A stretch of 64,000 bases of DNA from an uncultured Actinomycetota bacterium (GCA_963833885.1 CAWHZU010000023.1:56935-120934); one strand, 5' to 3'; counted from the stretch's first letter, positions 37,064-47,281 are shown. Numbers and translations: made by a program. The notes: a model not told the origin generated them from the letters alone.

Positions 37064-39924
37064 GTGAAAATAAGGTGCAGATCACTGGCCGCGGCCGTCG
37101 CGGTCACGGTCGCCGTAGGGTTAGGGACACTCGTGCCCGCCGGGCCCGCGTTGGCGCAAGGTGCCGCACCCGGCGCGCCCGGCGCCAACGCCACGTGGAA
37201 CGAGGCGAACCTGCAGGGCTTCGCCGACTCACCCGGGAGCGATTCCAAGGTCTGGTACACGCTTGGCGATGGCGAGCTGGAGAACGTGTTCTACCCGGAG
37301 ACCGACACGCCGGACACGTTCGGGCTGCAGTACATCGTCACCAACGGCTCGTCGTTCGCGGACACCGAAACCGCGGACACCACGCACGCGATCTCCCTGG
37401 CGGACCCGACCTCGCTGGTCTGGCAGCAGGTGAACACCGCGACCAACGGCGACTTCACGATCACCAAGACTTACATCGCCGACCCGTCCCGCTCGGTCGT
37501 GCTGATCGAGACCACGTTCGACAACCTGACTTCCACGCCACTGCAGCTGTACGCCGACTACCTGCCGCAGCTCAACAACGACGGCATGGGCAACACCGGC
37601 GGCACGGATGCGACCAGCGGCGACCTGGTGGCCTCCAACGGCTCGGTGTCCAGCGCGCTCTCCTCGTCGGCCGGCTTCGCCCAGACGACCACCGGCTACG
37701 TCGGCAGCTCCAGCGACGGCAGCGAGCAGCTCGCCGGCAGCTACGGGCTGACGTCTACCTACTCCTCGGCGTCGACCGCCGGGCACATCGTCCAGGTCGC
37801 GCAGATCCCGGTGGCCGCCAGCGGGTCCACCACGTTCACGCTGGCGCTCGCGTTCGACTCCAGCCAGTCGGCGGCGATCTCAGACGCGGCCGCGTCCCTG
37901 GCGGCCGGGTTCTCGCCGCTGGAGAGCTCGTTCGAGGCGGGCTGGCACTCCTGGCTGGCCGGCCTGAACGGGCCGCCCGCCTCCGTCACTGGCAGCGCCA
38001 AGCTCGAAGAGCAGTACTACGTCTCGCTGATGGAGCTCAAGGCCGACGAGGACAAGACGTACGTCGGCGCGTTCATCGCATCGCCGACCGATCCCTGGGG
38101 CACCAGCGTGAGCGCCAACAGCGCGGGCGGCCACGGGTACCACGTGGTATGGACCCGCGACGAGTACGAAATGGCATCGGCCCTGCTTGCGGCCGGTGAC
38201 ACCACGGACGCGAACGCCGCGCTGCAGTACATCTTCAACTACGAGGAAGAGTCGAGCGGCGCCGTTAAGCAGAACACGTTCCTGAACGGGACGACCGTCT
38301 TCGGATCGCTGCAGATGGACGAGGTGGCCGACCCGATCATCCTCGCCTACCAGCTCGGTGCGACCAGCGCGAGCGACTGGAGCCACATCCAGCTGCTGGC
38401 CAGCTACCTGGTCGCCAACGGCCCCTACACGCCACAGGAGCGCTGGGAGGAGAACAGCGGCTACTCCCCGGCCACCATGGCATCCGAGATCGCGGGGCTG
38501 CTCTGCGCGGCCGCGATCGCCGAGGCCAACGGCGCCACCAGCGACGCGGCGACGTACCAGGCGACGGCGCTGTCCTGGGCGTCCGAGGTGGACAGCCTCA
38601 CGTACACGACGACGGGACCGTACGGGAACGGCGACTACTTCCTGCGGATCACGCCGGACGGCGACCCGAACTCGGGCGCGTCGATCTCGATCGCCAACGG
38701 CGGCGGAAGCCATGACGACCGCACCGTGGTCGACCCGAGCTTCCTCGAGCTGGTCCGGCTGGGCATCAAGTCGCCGACGGCGACCGATATCACGAACACG
38801 CTGTCGGTGGTGGATTCCGAGCTCGAGGCGCAGACGCCCGAGGGCCCGATCTGGCACCGGTACAACTTCGACGGGTACGGCGAGACCGCCTCGGGCGGCG
38901 ACTACACCGGGTCCGGGGTCGGCAACGTGTGGCCGGTGCTGAGCGGTGAGCGCGGCGAGTACGACGTGGCCGACGGCAACCTGTCCGGGGCGCAGTCGCT
39001 GCTGGAGACCATGGCGGGCGCCGCCAACTCCAGCTACCAGATTCCGGAGCAGGACTGGGCGGGCACGACGGGCACCGGCGGGTTCACGTTCGGCCAGCCC
39101 GACAACTCGGCCACCCCGCTGATGTGGTCCATGGCCCAGTACGTGCGGCTTGCCATCGACATCTCCGCCGGGCAGGACGTGGACACCCCGGCGGTCGTGG
39201 TCTCGTGCGTGCAGAACGGCAGCTGCCCGGTGACCGGGTCGGTCAAGGAGACCGTGAACGTGACCGTGCCGGTGAACACCGACGCCTCCGGCGACACGGT
39301 CTACCTGGACGGCAACCTGTCCGCGCTCGGCCTCGGCCAGTCCGACTGGGCCGCCGAAGGTATCCCGATGACCCGGGTGAGCGCGGACAAGTGGACAGCG
39401 ACCGTCGAGGCGGCCGCCGACACCACGCTGTCCTACAAGTACGACCTGGGCGGCAACTGGAACAACGTGGAGGAGACCGCCAGCTGCGGCGATGTGGACA
39501 ATCGCACGATGAGCGTGAACGGCGGCGCCGTCAACGACACGGTGGCGAACTGGCCGGCCCCGGCGCCTGCGGCGACTCGACTGCGGTGATCAACGTCACC
39601 GTGCCGTCGGACACCCCCAGCGCCGACACGGTCTACCTGTCCGGCAACTACGACGTACTCGGCACCGGTGTCCCGTCGTCGGACGACTGGGTCGCCACCG
39701 ACTACCCGATGATCCAGACCGGGCCGGACACCTGGACGCTGACCATCACCGGCGTTCCGGTGGCCGCGTTCCAGTACAAGTTCACGCTCGGCAGCTGGAG
39801 CAGCGTTGAGGAGACCGCCAGCTGCGGCGATGTCGCCAACCGCACCTTCGGCTTCGACACGGCCGACGCCAGCTACACCGCCAACGACACCGTCGCCGCG
39901 TGGGAAGGCGTCGGCGGCTGCTGA
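37064..39924 (+). CDS. Secreted GH15 glucoamylase/glucodextranase with two C-terminal CBM20-like modules; single frameshift near 39555
   Basis: GTG start with AAAGGAGGA RBS and a Sec signal. GH15 (alpha/alpha)6 blocks (HVVWTRDEYEMASALL, WEENSGYSPATMASEIAGL). First CBM ends at ORF stop 39589. ORF 39124-39924 continues with a second CBM in frame +2 (GPGACGDSTAVINVTVPSDT...SWSSVEETASCGDV). Junction sits in the run aactggccggccccggc. Confidence 0.75.
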
Positions 39925-39944
39925 CACGGGCGCTCGGGCGTCTC

Positions 39945-39995
39945 GCCGGCCGCCCCACCCAGACGGGGCGGCCGGCGGGGCTCATCATGGTTTTC
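39945..39995 (+). terminator. Hairpin terminator after the GH15 gene
   Basis: CGCCGGCCGCCCC-acccagac-GGGGCGGCCGGCG, a 13 bp perfect stem, followed by GGTTTTCGG. Confidence 0.5.
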
Positions 39996-40028
39996 GGCCC
40001 AAGCTATCGGTGGCTACGCGGGCTGGTG

Positions 40029-40283
40029 CTACTTAACGTCTTGGTGCACGTAGTACCCGCGCCGCGGAACTGAGAAGATCAAGCCTTCCGCCGCGAGGAT
40101 CGAGAGCGCACGCGTAGCCGTATCGCGGCCAACGTCGTACTCCTGCTGTAGCTGCCGCACAGACGGCAGCGGACCATGACGCCACTCGCCCGCCTTGATC
40201 TTGCTGCGCAGGATCTCGGCAAGCTGCGCGTAGGCAGGTATCGGGCTCCCATGATCCACGGGCACGCTGGCAACGTAGGCCAA
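40029..40283 (-). CDS. Short GntR-family winged-HTH protein (DNA-binding domain only, 84 aa)
   Basis: AYAQLAEILRSKIKAGEWRHGPLPSVRQLQQEYDVGRDTATRALSILAAEGLIFSVPRRGYYV. Confidence 0.75.
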   Translation of the reverse strand: MAYVASVPVDHGSPIPAYAQLAEILRSKIKAGEWRHGPLPSVRQLQQEYDVGRDTATRALSILAAEGLIFSVPRRGYYVHQDVK

Positions 40284-40376
40284 GCCAAGATTCCTCCGAC
40301 TTCTGCCCTTGACTGCTCTGATCTGTGTTGTACCCTGTCAAGCGAGGCGACTCACACGTGAAGGCGAGCAAGGGCG

Positions 40377-40571
40377 ATGGTGGGCGAAGCGAACTACTTA
40401 CCGGAAGCGCGGAGACTCATGCAGGATCACCCGAGGTGGGAAGCATGGGTTGGCATCGTCAACCGCCAATGGCACGCGCGCCTAAAAGGCGCGGTGCCTC
40501 CTGTGATGGTCCACGACGATAACCCGCAAGGGTTGCGACAGCAGATCGAGCAGTTTGAGAGACAGCAGTGA
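40377..40571 (+). CDS. Small hypothetical protein divergent from the GntR-like gene
   Basis: 64 aa ORF with a non-Arg-rich composition. Upstream region has a 6 bp inverted repeat CTTGAC...GTCAAG. No family recognised. Confidence 0.3.
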   Translation: MVGEANYLPEARRLMQDHPRWEAWVGIVNRQWHARLKGAVPPVMVHDDNPQGLRQQIEQFERQQ

Positions 40572-40695
40572 ACAGCAATCAGCCTTACCCCCCGACAGCC
40601 GAGCAACATGCGTGCGCTCGCCGCTATCGCCATCATGAGCGCCCTGCTAGTCGTAGCGCTTGTGGCGCCCTGGCCCGCCGGCCCTGGCTCGGCGG

Positions 40696-43600
40696 TCACG
40701 GGACCGTGACGCCCTGCAGGGTGACGCCGGAGGTGTTCACGGTCGGGTCCAGCTCGGTCTGCACGTTCACCGAGGTGGGCGGGATCGTGTCCATCACGAT
40801 CGGCACGTTCGCCGGGTTGTAGGAGCAGATCGCGGGCGGCGACGACTCGGCGGCCACGGCGGCCGAGCAGACGCCGAACGTGTAGGCGCCGGGCGTGGCA
40901 GTGAACGTGCGCGCGTCGTCGTTGCCGAACCCGTCCTGGCCGGCGAGCGTCACCGTGAACGTCCACCCGGCACCGGGGGTCCCGAGCTCCGCCGTGGGCA
41001 CGGTGATCGTGACCAGGCCCGGCGTCTCGCCGGACGCGGCCGGCGCGAGCTGGATGACCGAGACCTGCGGGGTCCCGACGCTGGACGACCCGGACAGGCC
41101 GGAGGTCGCGCTGGCGGGGGTAACCCAGTCGTCGGTGCCGAACCCGTCGACTTCGATGAGCTGGTTCCAGGCGTCCGCGGGCGCGATCGAGTAGTTCCAC
41201 GCGCCGGCCGCCGCGGTCGACTGCGTCTCGCCGGCGGGAACGCTGCTGGACGGCGCGTGGATGTAAAGGTCGATGAGCTGCGCACCGTCCAGCGACCCGA
41301 ACGTGGACTGCAGGTTGGCGATCCCGACCTCGAACGTCACGGTGCTGGTTCCCTCGACGACGCTGAGGCCGTTCAGCCGGAACGAGTCCGGCGCGAACAC
41401 CGGCGAGCCGTCGGAGTTCGTCGCGGTCGGGTACGCGTAGCTGCCCGGGCCGCTGCCGCCGCCTGGGGCGGCCGCCGCGCTGAGCACCACGGTGCCCGGC
41501 ACGGACACGACGCTGAAGACGGCCTCGTTCGTGGCGCTCCCGGCCGTGGCCGCGACCTCGATGGAGTCGGTGCCCGGCTGCAGGCTGACCGGCACCGAGT
41601 ACACCCCGGACGACCCGGCGGTGGCCGTCGTGATCGTCGTCGCCGGCGCGGCTGCGCCCGCCGCGGTCCCGCTGACCGCGACGTCCACCGTCGCCCCGGG
41701 TGAGGTGGTGCCGGTCACGGTCGTGGTCGCGGCGTTGACGACCACGGTGGGCCGGGTCAGGTTCGCCGGCACGTTCCCGCCGGACACCGACAGCGGCGCG
41801 GATACCGTCAGCGGCGCCGCAGCAGGCGGGCTGGACTCATACCGCTCGGCGACGATCGACGGCTGCTCCAGCAGCCTGCCCGCCGCCTGGTCCGAGATCA
41901 GCCGCAGCAGCTGCGCCTGCGCCCAGGTCAGCGGCGCCGCCGAGCCGTCCGCCTGCCCGTCGGTGAACCCGATCGACGCGGTCGCCGGGTCGGAGCCGTA
42001 CGGCGAGGCCGGCACGTCCGGGTAGTTCCACACCTGCTCGGGGACCAGGCCGACGCCGGAGGAGGAGTTCAGCATGAAGTCCAGGTCCGCGCCGAGTGCC
42101 GAGGAGCCGCCGGCCAGGATCTGGTACTCCCCGTTCTCCCCGGACAGCACCGGCCACGGGTGCCCGGTGCCCTCGTCGGTGGTGGCCCACGGCTGCCCGT
42201 TGACCTGGCAGTCCTCGAATACCGAGAGCTCGCAGTCGCCGTAGCCGTCGCCGTTGTAGCGCATGATCCCGGTCCCGGACGGGGTTGGCGCGCTGATCGT
42301 GGCGCCGGTCACCTTCAGCGAGTTCGTGACCAGCGGCGAGCTGGCCGGCAGCTCGCCGAGCCGGACCAGCTCGAGGAAGCCCTGGTCCACCACGGCTCGC
42401 TGGTCGTAGCTGGTCGGGTCGCCGTTGCCGAGCGTGTAGTCGGACGCCTGGTCGGGGTTCCCGGTCTTGTCCACCCGGATGAAGTACGGCTGTGACGACA
42501 GTGGCCCGTTGTCGGTGACGGTCGTGGTCAGGATCAGCCGCCGGAAGTTGTCCGCTGTGGCCAGGAACAGCCGCTGCGACGCCGTATCGCCCTGCACGCG
42601 CGCGATCGCTGCGGCGGCGACCAGGCCGGCCACCTCGTCGGCCATCGTCGACGGCGAGAACCCGGTCTGCTCCTCCCAGCGCTCCACCCCGTCGGCCGGG
42701 CCGTTCGCGGCCAGGAAGTCGGCCGCCCTCCTGATGTGATCGACGTACAGCGAGCGGTCGCCCGCCAGGCCCGCCTGCCACGCCTCGAGGATGGGGTCGG
42801 CGGCCTCGTCGAGCTGCAGCCCGCCGGTGTCCGGCGCGGCCTTCCCGTTGAGCAGGCCGTTGCGCGGGAACGAGCCGTTCGGCAGCTGCATGTCATCGAA
42901 CATGTACGTGACGATCTGCCGGGCGGTGGCCAGGTCGCCGTCGGTGAGGAACCCGGTGAACGTCTCGTAGGCGTCCCGGGGGAACACCTCACGGTAGGAG
43001 CCGAAGTACGGCGCGAGCCCGTCGCTCGCGGTCTGCCCGGCCGGCACCGCCTGCCCCCACGGGCTGGCCAGCGACGCGGCGGTCGCGCCGGGGAAGGTCT
43101 TGTCCTCGCTGGCCTTGAGCACGTTCGCGCTCAGCCAGTAAGCGGCCGCGTCCTTCGCGCTCACCGGCGCGTGCTTGCCCGCGCCGCCTGGCGGCAGCAG
43201 CCGCGCGTCGTAGGCCCGCCAGCCCGCCTGGTAGGCGGCGTAGGTCGCGGCGAACGGCGCGGCCGACGCGGCCAGCGCGGTGCCGACCGCGTCGCGCTCG
43301 TTGCCGCCGAAGCCGAGCGCGACGGTGGCCGAGCCGGCCGACATGTTCAGCTCGACGGTCTGCACCACATTGCCGTTGCTCGCGTCGGGTGCCCCGGAGC
43401 TCAGCGTTCCGGCCGAATCGAGCTCAGTAAGGCCGTCGCTCGAGGTTCCGTCGAAACCCGTTTCGACAGCCTTGAACGGGGAGTTGGCGGCCAGTGCCGC
43501 GTAGATCGGCGTGGCATAGCTGCGGTTCACGGCCTCGGTGAACGAGTCGGTCGAGTAGGAGAGCGGGATCGGCCCGCGCGGGGTGGAGACGACCGTCGCC

Positions 43601-44730
43601 GACTCGCCGCCCGCGTTGTCGGTGCCTCCGCCGGCGTGCCCGTTCAGCAGCGGGTTGAACCGCAGGTAGGCGGACAGGCCGGACGGGGCGCCGGGCAGCG
43701 GCACCAGGCTGATCCGCATCACCACTGCCTCGGCGGACGGGTCGGTGATGAAGTCGGTGACCAGCTTGAAGTCGTGCGCCGCGTCCAGCGCGGTGATCTG
43801 GCAGGCCATGCCGGTGGAATCCAGCGAGGCGACCGAGTAGGTCATGTCGCGCGGCTGCAGCGCCGTGAAGCCGGGCCCGGTCACGATCGGGTCCAGGCTC
43901 TTGACGTCGGTGTTGTCGATCGTCGGGGCGTAGACGTCGGACAGGATGCCGTCCGCGACCGTGTACCAGGCCTTGGACGCGGTATTCGCGGCGGTGCCCA
44001 CGCAGTCCTTGCGTGCCTCGTCGTAGTAGGAGGCGGCGCCGGGCGCGCCGGGCGCCTCGGCGGCCGGGGAGCCGATCGTGAGGCCGAAGACGTGCATCGC
44101 CGATACGTTCTTGCCGACGCCCGGGCTCACGGTGGGCAGCGTGACGGAGGTGACCTGCTTGCCCGCGGTCAGCGGGATCGCCGCGTAGAACAGGCTGACC
44201 GGCGTGCTCCCGCCGGGGTTCCAGCCCGCCGTGGTGGCCAGCAGGTCGGTGCCCGAGGCGGCGCTGGTGTCGACCCAGTCGGCGAGCGTGACCGTGGCGG
44301 TGCTGCTGGTGCCGTCGGAGTACCCGACGGTGAACGTTCCGGTGGTGCTGCCGTACGCGGAGGCGCCGATGACGCCGAGCACGGATCCGGTCCCGGCCAG
44401 CGCGATCGTCTGGCCGTCGGCGACCACGTTGTCCGGGTCGCCGGGCGCGACGTCGGGCCAGGTGATCGTCATGCCGTCGTGCAGCAGCGACTGGCCGGGG
44501 ACAAGCGCGTCCTCGGCCAGGCCGGAGGCGGAGAACGAGTCGCCGATGCCGTCGTAGTTCCCGGCCGCGGTGTGCGACGGGGACGTGATGCCGACGTTGT
44601 TGAAAGCCTGCGCCAGGGTCGGCAGCGATGCCCCGGTGGCGGGGGCGGTTAACCCGGAACTCAGCAACGCCGCGGCCGGGAGCAGGGCCGTGACCGCCGC
44701 CGTCAGCAGCATCCGCCGGGATCTCCTCAT
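40696..44730 (-). CDS. Large secreted multidomain GH15-family glycoside hydrolase (1344 aa) with beta-sandwich/Ig-like accessory domains
   Basis: Signal peptide MRRSRRMLLTAAVTALLPAAALL from ATG 44730, with a perfect GAGGAGG RBS. The ORF track instead starts at GTG 44745. Central GH15 catalytic blocks (WEEQTGFSPSTMADEVAGLVAAAAIA; YREVFPRDAYETF) are paralogous to the 37064 gene. The C-terminal third is Thr/Ser/Ala/Gly-rich beta-strand repeats. Confidence 0.75.
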   Translation of the reverse strand: MRRSRRMLLTAAVTALLPAAALLSSGLTAPATGASLPTLAQAFNNVGITSPSHTAAGNYDGIGDSFSASGLAEDALVPGQSLLHDGMTITWPDVAPGDPDNVVADGQTIALAGTGSVLGVIGASAYGSTTGTFTVGYSDGTSSTATVTLADWVDTSAASGTDLLATTAGWNPGGSTPVSLFYAAIPLTAGKQVTSVTLPTVSPGVGKNVSAMHVFGLTIGSPAAEAPGAPGAASYYDEARKDCVGTAANTASKAWYTVADGILSDVYAPTIDNTDVKSLDPIVTGPGFTALQPRDMTYSVASLDSTGMACQITALDAAHDFKLVTDFITDPSAEAVVMRISLVPLPGAPSGLSAYLRFNPLLNGHAGGGTDNAGGESATVVSTPRGPIPLSYSTDSFTEAVNRSYATPIYAALAANSPFKAVETGFDGTSSDGLTELDSAGTLSSGAPDASNGNVVQTVELNMSAGSATVALGFGGNERDAVGTALAASAAPFAATYAAYQAGWRAYDARLLPPGGAGKHAPVSAKDAAAYWLSANVLKASEDKTFPGATAASLASPWGQAVPAGQTASDGLAPYFGSYREVFPRDAYETFTGFLTDGDLATARQIVTYMFDDMQLPNGSFPRNGLLNGKAAPDTGGLQLDEAADPILEAWQAGLAGDRSLYVDHIRRAADFLAANGPADGVERWEEQTGFSPSTMADEVAGLVAAAAIARVQGDTASQRLFLATADNFRRLILTTTVTDNGPLSSQPYFIRVDKTGNPDQASDYTLGNGDPTSYDQRAVVDQGFLELVRLGELPASSPLVTNSLKVTGATISAPTPSGTGIMRYNGDGYGDCELSVFEDCQVNGQPWATTDEGTGHPWPVLSGENGEYQILAGGSSALGADLDFMLNSSSGVGLVPEQVWNYPDVPASPYGSDPATASIGFTDGQADGSAAPLTWAQAQLLRLISDQAAGRLLEQPSIVAERYESSPPAAAPLTVSAPLSVSGGNVPANLTRPTVVVNAATTTVTGTTSPGATVDVAVSGTAAGAAAPATTITTATAGSSGVYSVPVSLQPGTDSIEVAATAGSATNEAVFSVVSVPGTVVLSAAAAPGGGSGPGSYAYPTATNSDGSPVFAPDSFRLNGLSVVEGTSTVTFEVGIANLQSTFGSLDGAQLIDLYIHAPSSSVPAGETQSTAAAGAWNYSIAPADAWNQLIEVDGFGTDDWVTPASATSGLSGSSSVGTPQVSVIQLAPAASGETPGLVTITVPTAELGTPGAGWTFTVTLAGQDGFGNDDARTFTATPGAYTFGVCSAAVAAESSPPAICSYNPANVPIVMDTIPPTSVNVQTELDPTVNTSGVTLQGVTVP

Positions 44731-44741
44731 GGCGCGCCTCC

Positions 44742-44877
44742 TCACGGCGGGCGGCGCTGCGATGCACAGCCCCCCTCACAGCGGGCGGCGGCACGGAGCG
44801 CAGCCCCCTTCACGGCGGGCGGCGCTGCGGCGCGCAGCCCCCTTCACGGCGGGCGACGCTGCGGCGCACAGCATTGC
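44742..44877. repeat. Four tandem 34 bp direct repeats immediately upstream of the 1344 aa GH15 gene, adjoining its RBS
   Basis: Copies start at 44742, 44776, 44810 and 44844, with consensus TCACGGCGGGCGGCGCTGCGGCGCACAGCCCCCT. The period of 34 is not a multiple of 3. Confidence 0.75.
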
Positions 44878-45261
44878 CTGACCCGCCCCGCCCGGTCCCG
44901 CTCTCCCCGGAGATGGTCTCGCCGTGACCTTGGCCGTGACGAGACCCGCGGGCGCTTTTTTTCAAAAGATTTCGGCTTTTCCATGTCCCAAGCGCGAGAT
45001 CTGCCGGGTCGGGCCGCACGCGGCCGGCCGAGCACGGCCACCCCCGGCAGGCTGAAGCGCACCCAGCGCCGCCACGCCCGCCTGCCCAGCACGCCCACCC
45101 AGCACAGCGCAATGCCGCGTGCTTGCGGCGACGCTTCGCGACTAGCAATCAGTAGCGAAGCGGGGCAGCCGCGGGGCGCGAGGCTCAGCCGTTCCGTCCT
45201 GTACCACTGGTCCTGCCAGCCTCAGACGCACCACACCAAGGCTCGCTCGAGCATTCGATTT

Positions 45262-45315
45262 CCATGATCGTGGTGGATAACGACCGAATGAGCGCCTTTT
45301 TCACCACGATCATGG
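45262..45315. repeat. Perfect 14 bp inverted repeat with a 26 nt spacer in a low-GC non-coding island
   Basis: CCATGATCGTGGTG (45262-45275) and CACCACGATCATGG (45302-45315). The loop contains GCGCCTTTTT. Confidence 0.7.
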
Positions 45316-46165
45316 AACAAGCGCGCGGTCACGCGCTGGATGGATCCCGCGGCCGCCGACCACGCGGGCCGCTGCCGCCATCGCGCTGGGCGGGCGAAAC
45401 CGACCGGACGGACCCTATTCCCGCCCCGGTCGTATATGAGATACGATGCACGACACCTCGTACCGGCCAACTGCGCGCCCGGGCTGGCCTGGTGAGGGGT
45501 GGCAAACAACCGACATGACTTCGGAGTGGCTAATGGACAGCGTTACGAATTCTTTACGGCACTGAGGCTCGCCCGACCACCCAGAAGCGGGCACACTGTG
45601 CACACATGTACATCTGGTCACGTGCGCCTGGCAGCATTAGCCCGCAGCGCGCGGCCAGCATGGCATCGGGCCGCGTCCCGAACGGGAGTTCCCATTGAAG
45701 GGCTGCGATGAAGAATTCCCGTCTTGTTCAGGCCGCAGACCACCGGGCGAAGGCAGATCACAGTTGTGCGTCTGCTATCAGCCGATCATTGACGGGCAAG
45801 TCAAGGTGTTCTAGCTTATGGCCTCGTCAGGCGCTACAGCATCTCGGATGTTAGCGCTCACATCGGCCGAAACCATCGGCCGCGAACCCGTGCCGCTCCC
45901 CATGTGAGCGGCCCTGAGACAGGAGTCGGGTGGACATGGGCGACGTCGCGATCCCCCGGGATCAAGGCGGTCGCCTGCCGTTCCGCCTGTGGCAGGACCC
46001 CTTCGAACAGGGATCTCAGGACTCGAGAGCAGGCATAGCGACCGGGGAGCATGGTGCCCGCCCGGCGCAAATCGGCGGCGCATTCCCGCCGCCGCAAGGA
46101 AATGATGGAGGCCCGTGATGGACAGAGTCGACCCCAAGGTCGATGAAGCGATCGAAACCCTCAAC

Positions 46166-47281
46166 ATGAAAGATGGGCCGTCGCGCCGGAAGCTGCTCAA
46201 GGGCACCGGCCTGGTCAGCGCCACCGCGGCGGCCTCCGCGCTGCTGGCGGCGTGCAGCTCATCGAGCAGCCCGGCGAGCGCCGCCGCCAAGGACACCGCG
46301 GGGAACTTCCCGAAAGTGCCGGCGTGGCAGTTCTGGTTCGTCAACCACGTCACCACGAACACCTTCTTCACGCCGACCCAGTACGGCTTCGCCGACGCCG
46401 CCGCGATACTCGACATCCCCGTGCCGAAGTGGACCGGCTCGACGAACTCGGTCGCCTCACAGATGGTCGCGCAGATCAACGCCGCGGTATCCGCCAAGGC
46501 GGCCGGCATCGCGACCACGCTGATCAACTCCAGCTCGTTCACCACCCCGGTGGGGAACGCGATGAGCGCTGGCATCCCGGTGCTGAGTTACAACGCCGAC
46601 GGGGTGGTCAGCAAGAGCGGCGTGCCGGACATCGGCTGCAACCGGCTGGCCTACGTCGGGCAGGCCCTGTTCACCTCCGGCCAGCAGCTTGGGGAGCGGA
46701 TCAAGTCGCTGACGACGCCGGGCGAGGTGGCGATCTTCATCGAGACTCCCGGGACGGCGAACATCCAGCCCCGCTTCGACGGCGCCAACTCGATACTCAG
46801 CCCGCTGGGCTACAAGGTAGCCGAGATCACGACGACCACGGTCCCGGCCACGATCCTGGCAAACGAGAAGGCGTACCTGCTCGCGCACAAGAGCGTCAAG
46901 GGCGCGTTCGCCGTGGACTCGACGTCAACCTCGTTCCTGGCGCAGGCGCTCTCCGAAACCGGGATGTCGCACCTGCCGAACGGCGGATTCGACACGGTCC
47001 CGCAGACGCTGACCAACATCAAGGCCGGCACCACCGGCTTCACCATCTACCAGGACCCGTACCTGCAGGGGTTCCTGCCCACGCTGTACCTGTATCTGTA
47101 CAACATCTCCGGCGGCACGCTCGTCCCGTCCGACACCGACACTGGCCTGTCCTTCATCACGAAGAGCAACCTGACCCAGTACAACGTGGCCAGCAGGTAC
47201 CAGGGCTCCACCACCGCGCAGAAGTACGTGCCGCGGCCCTCCGGCGCGATCAGCAACCCGCCGGCAACCACCAGCACCTGA
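46166..47281 (+). CDS. Sugar ABC transporter substrate-binding lipoprotein (PBP type I, RbsB/XylF-like) with Tat signal
   Basis: Tat motif SRRKLLKG plus lipobox LLAACSS. Periplasmic-binding-protein fold. Start chosen at M18 (MKDGPSRRKLL); ORF track starts at 46115. Confidence 0.75.
   Translation: MKDGPSRRKLLKGTGLVSATAAASALLAACSSSSSPASAAAKDTAGNFPKVPAWQFWFVNHVTTNTFFTPTQYGFADAAAILDIPVPKWTGSTNSVASQMVAQINAAVSAKAAGIATTLINSSSFTTPVGNAMSAGIPVLSYNADGVVSKSGVPDIGCNRLAYVGQALFTSGQQLGERIKSLTTPGEVAIFIETPGTANIQPRFDGANSILSPLGYKVAEITTTTVPATILANEKAYLLAHKSVKGAFAVDSTSTSFLAQALSETGMSHLPNGGFDTVPQTLTNIKAGTTGFTIYQDPYLQGFLPTLYLYLYNISGGTLVPSDTDTGLSFITKSNLTQYNVASRYQGSTTAQKYVPRPSGAISNPPATTST

Noticed and set aside
44742-44877. 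Possible CRISPR array
   Set aside because: The repeats are directly adjacent with no spacers. No cas genes are nearby. The unit is GC-rich and non-palindromic in the CRISPR sense.
44570-44881. 103 aa ORF spanning the 34 bp tandem repeats
   Set aside because: The repeat period (34) is not a multiple of three, so successive copies fall in different frames. The ORF lacks an RBS and overlaps the GH15 gene leader.
44880-46110. tRNA or other structured ncRNA gene in the low-GC island
   Set aside because: No cloverleaf (acceptor, T-loop GTTC) pattern or known riboswitch motif could be recognised by eye. It is left as an uncharacterised non-coding region pending Infernal/tRNAscan.
45811-46575. 254 aa minus-strand ORF
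   Set aside because: It is antisense to the well-supported sugar-binding lipoprotein gene and to the non-coding island. Composition is typical of a shadow frame, and no domain is recognised.
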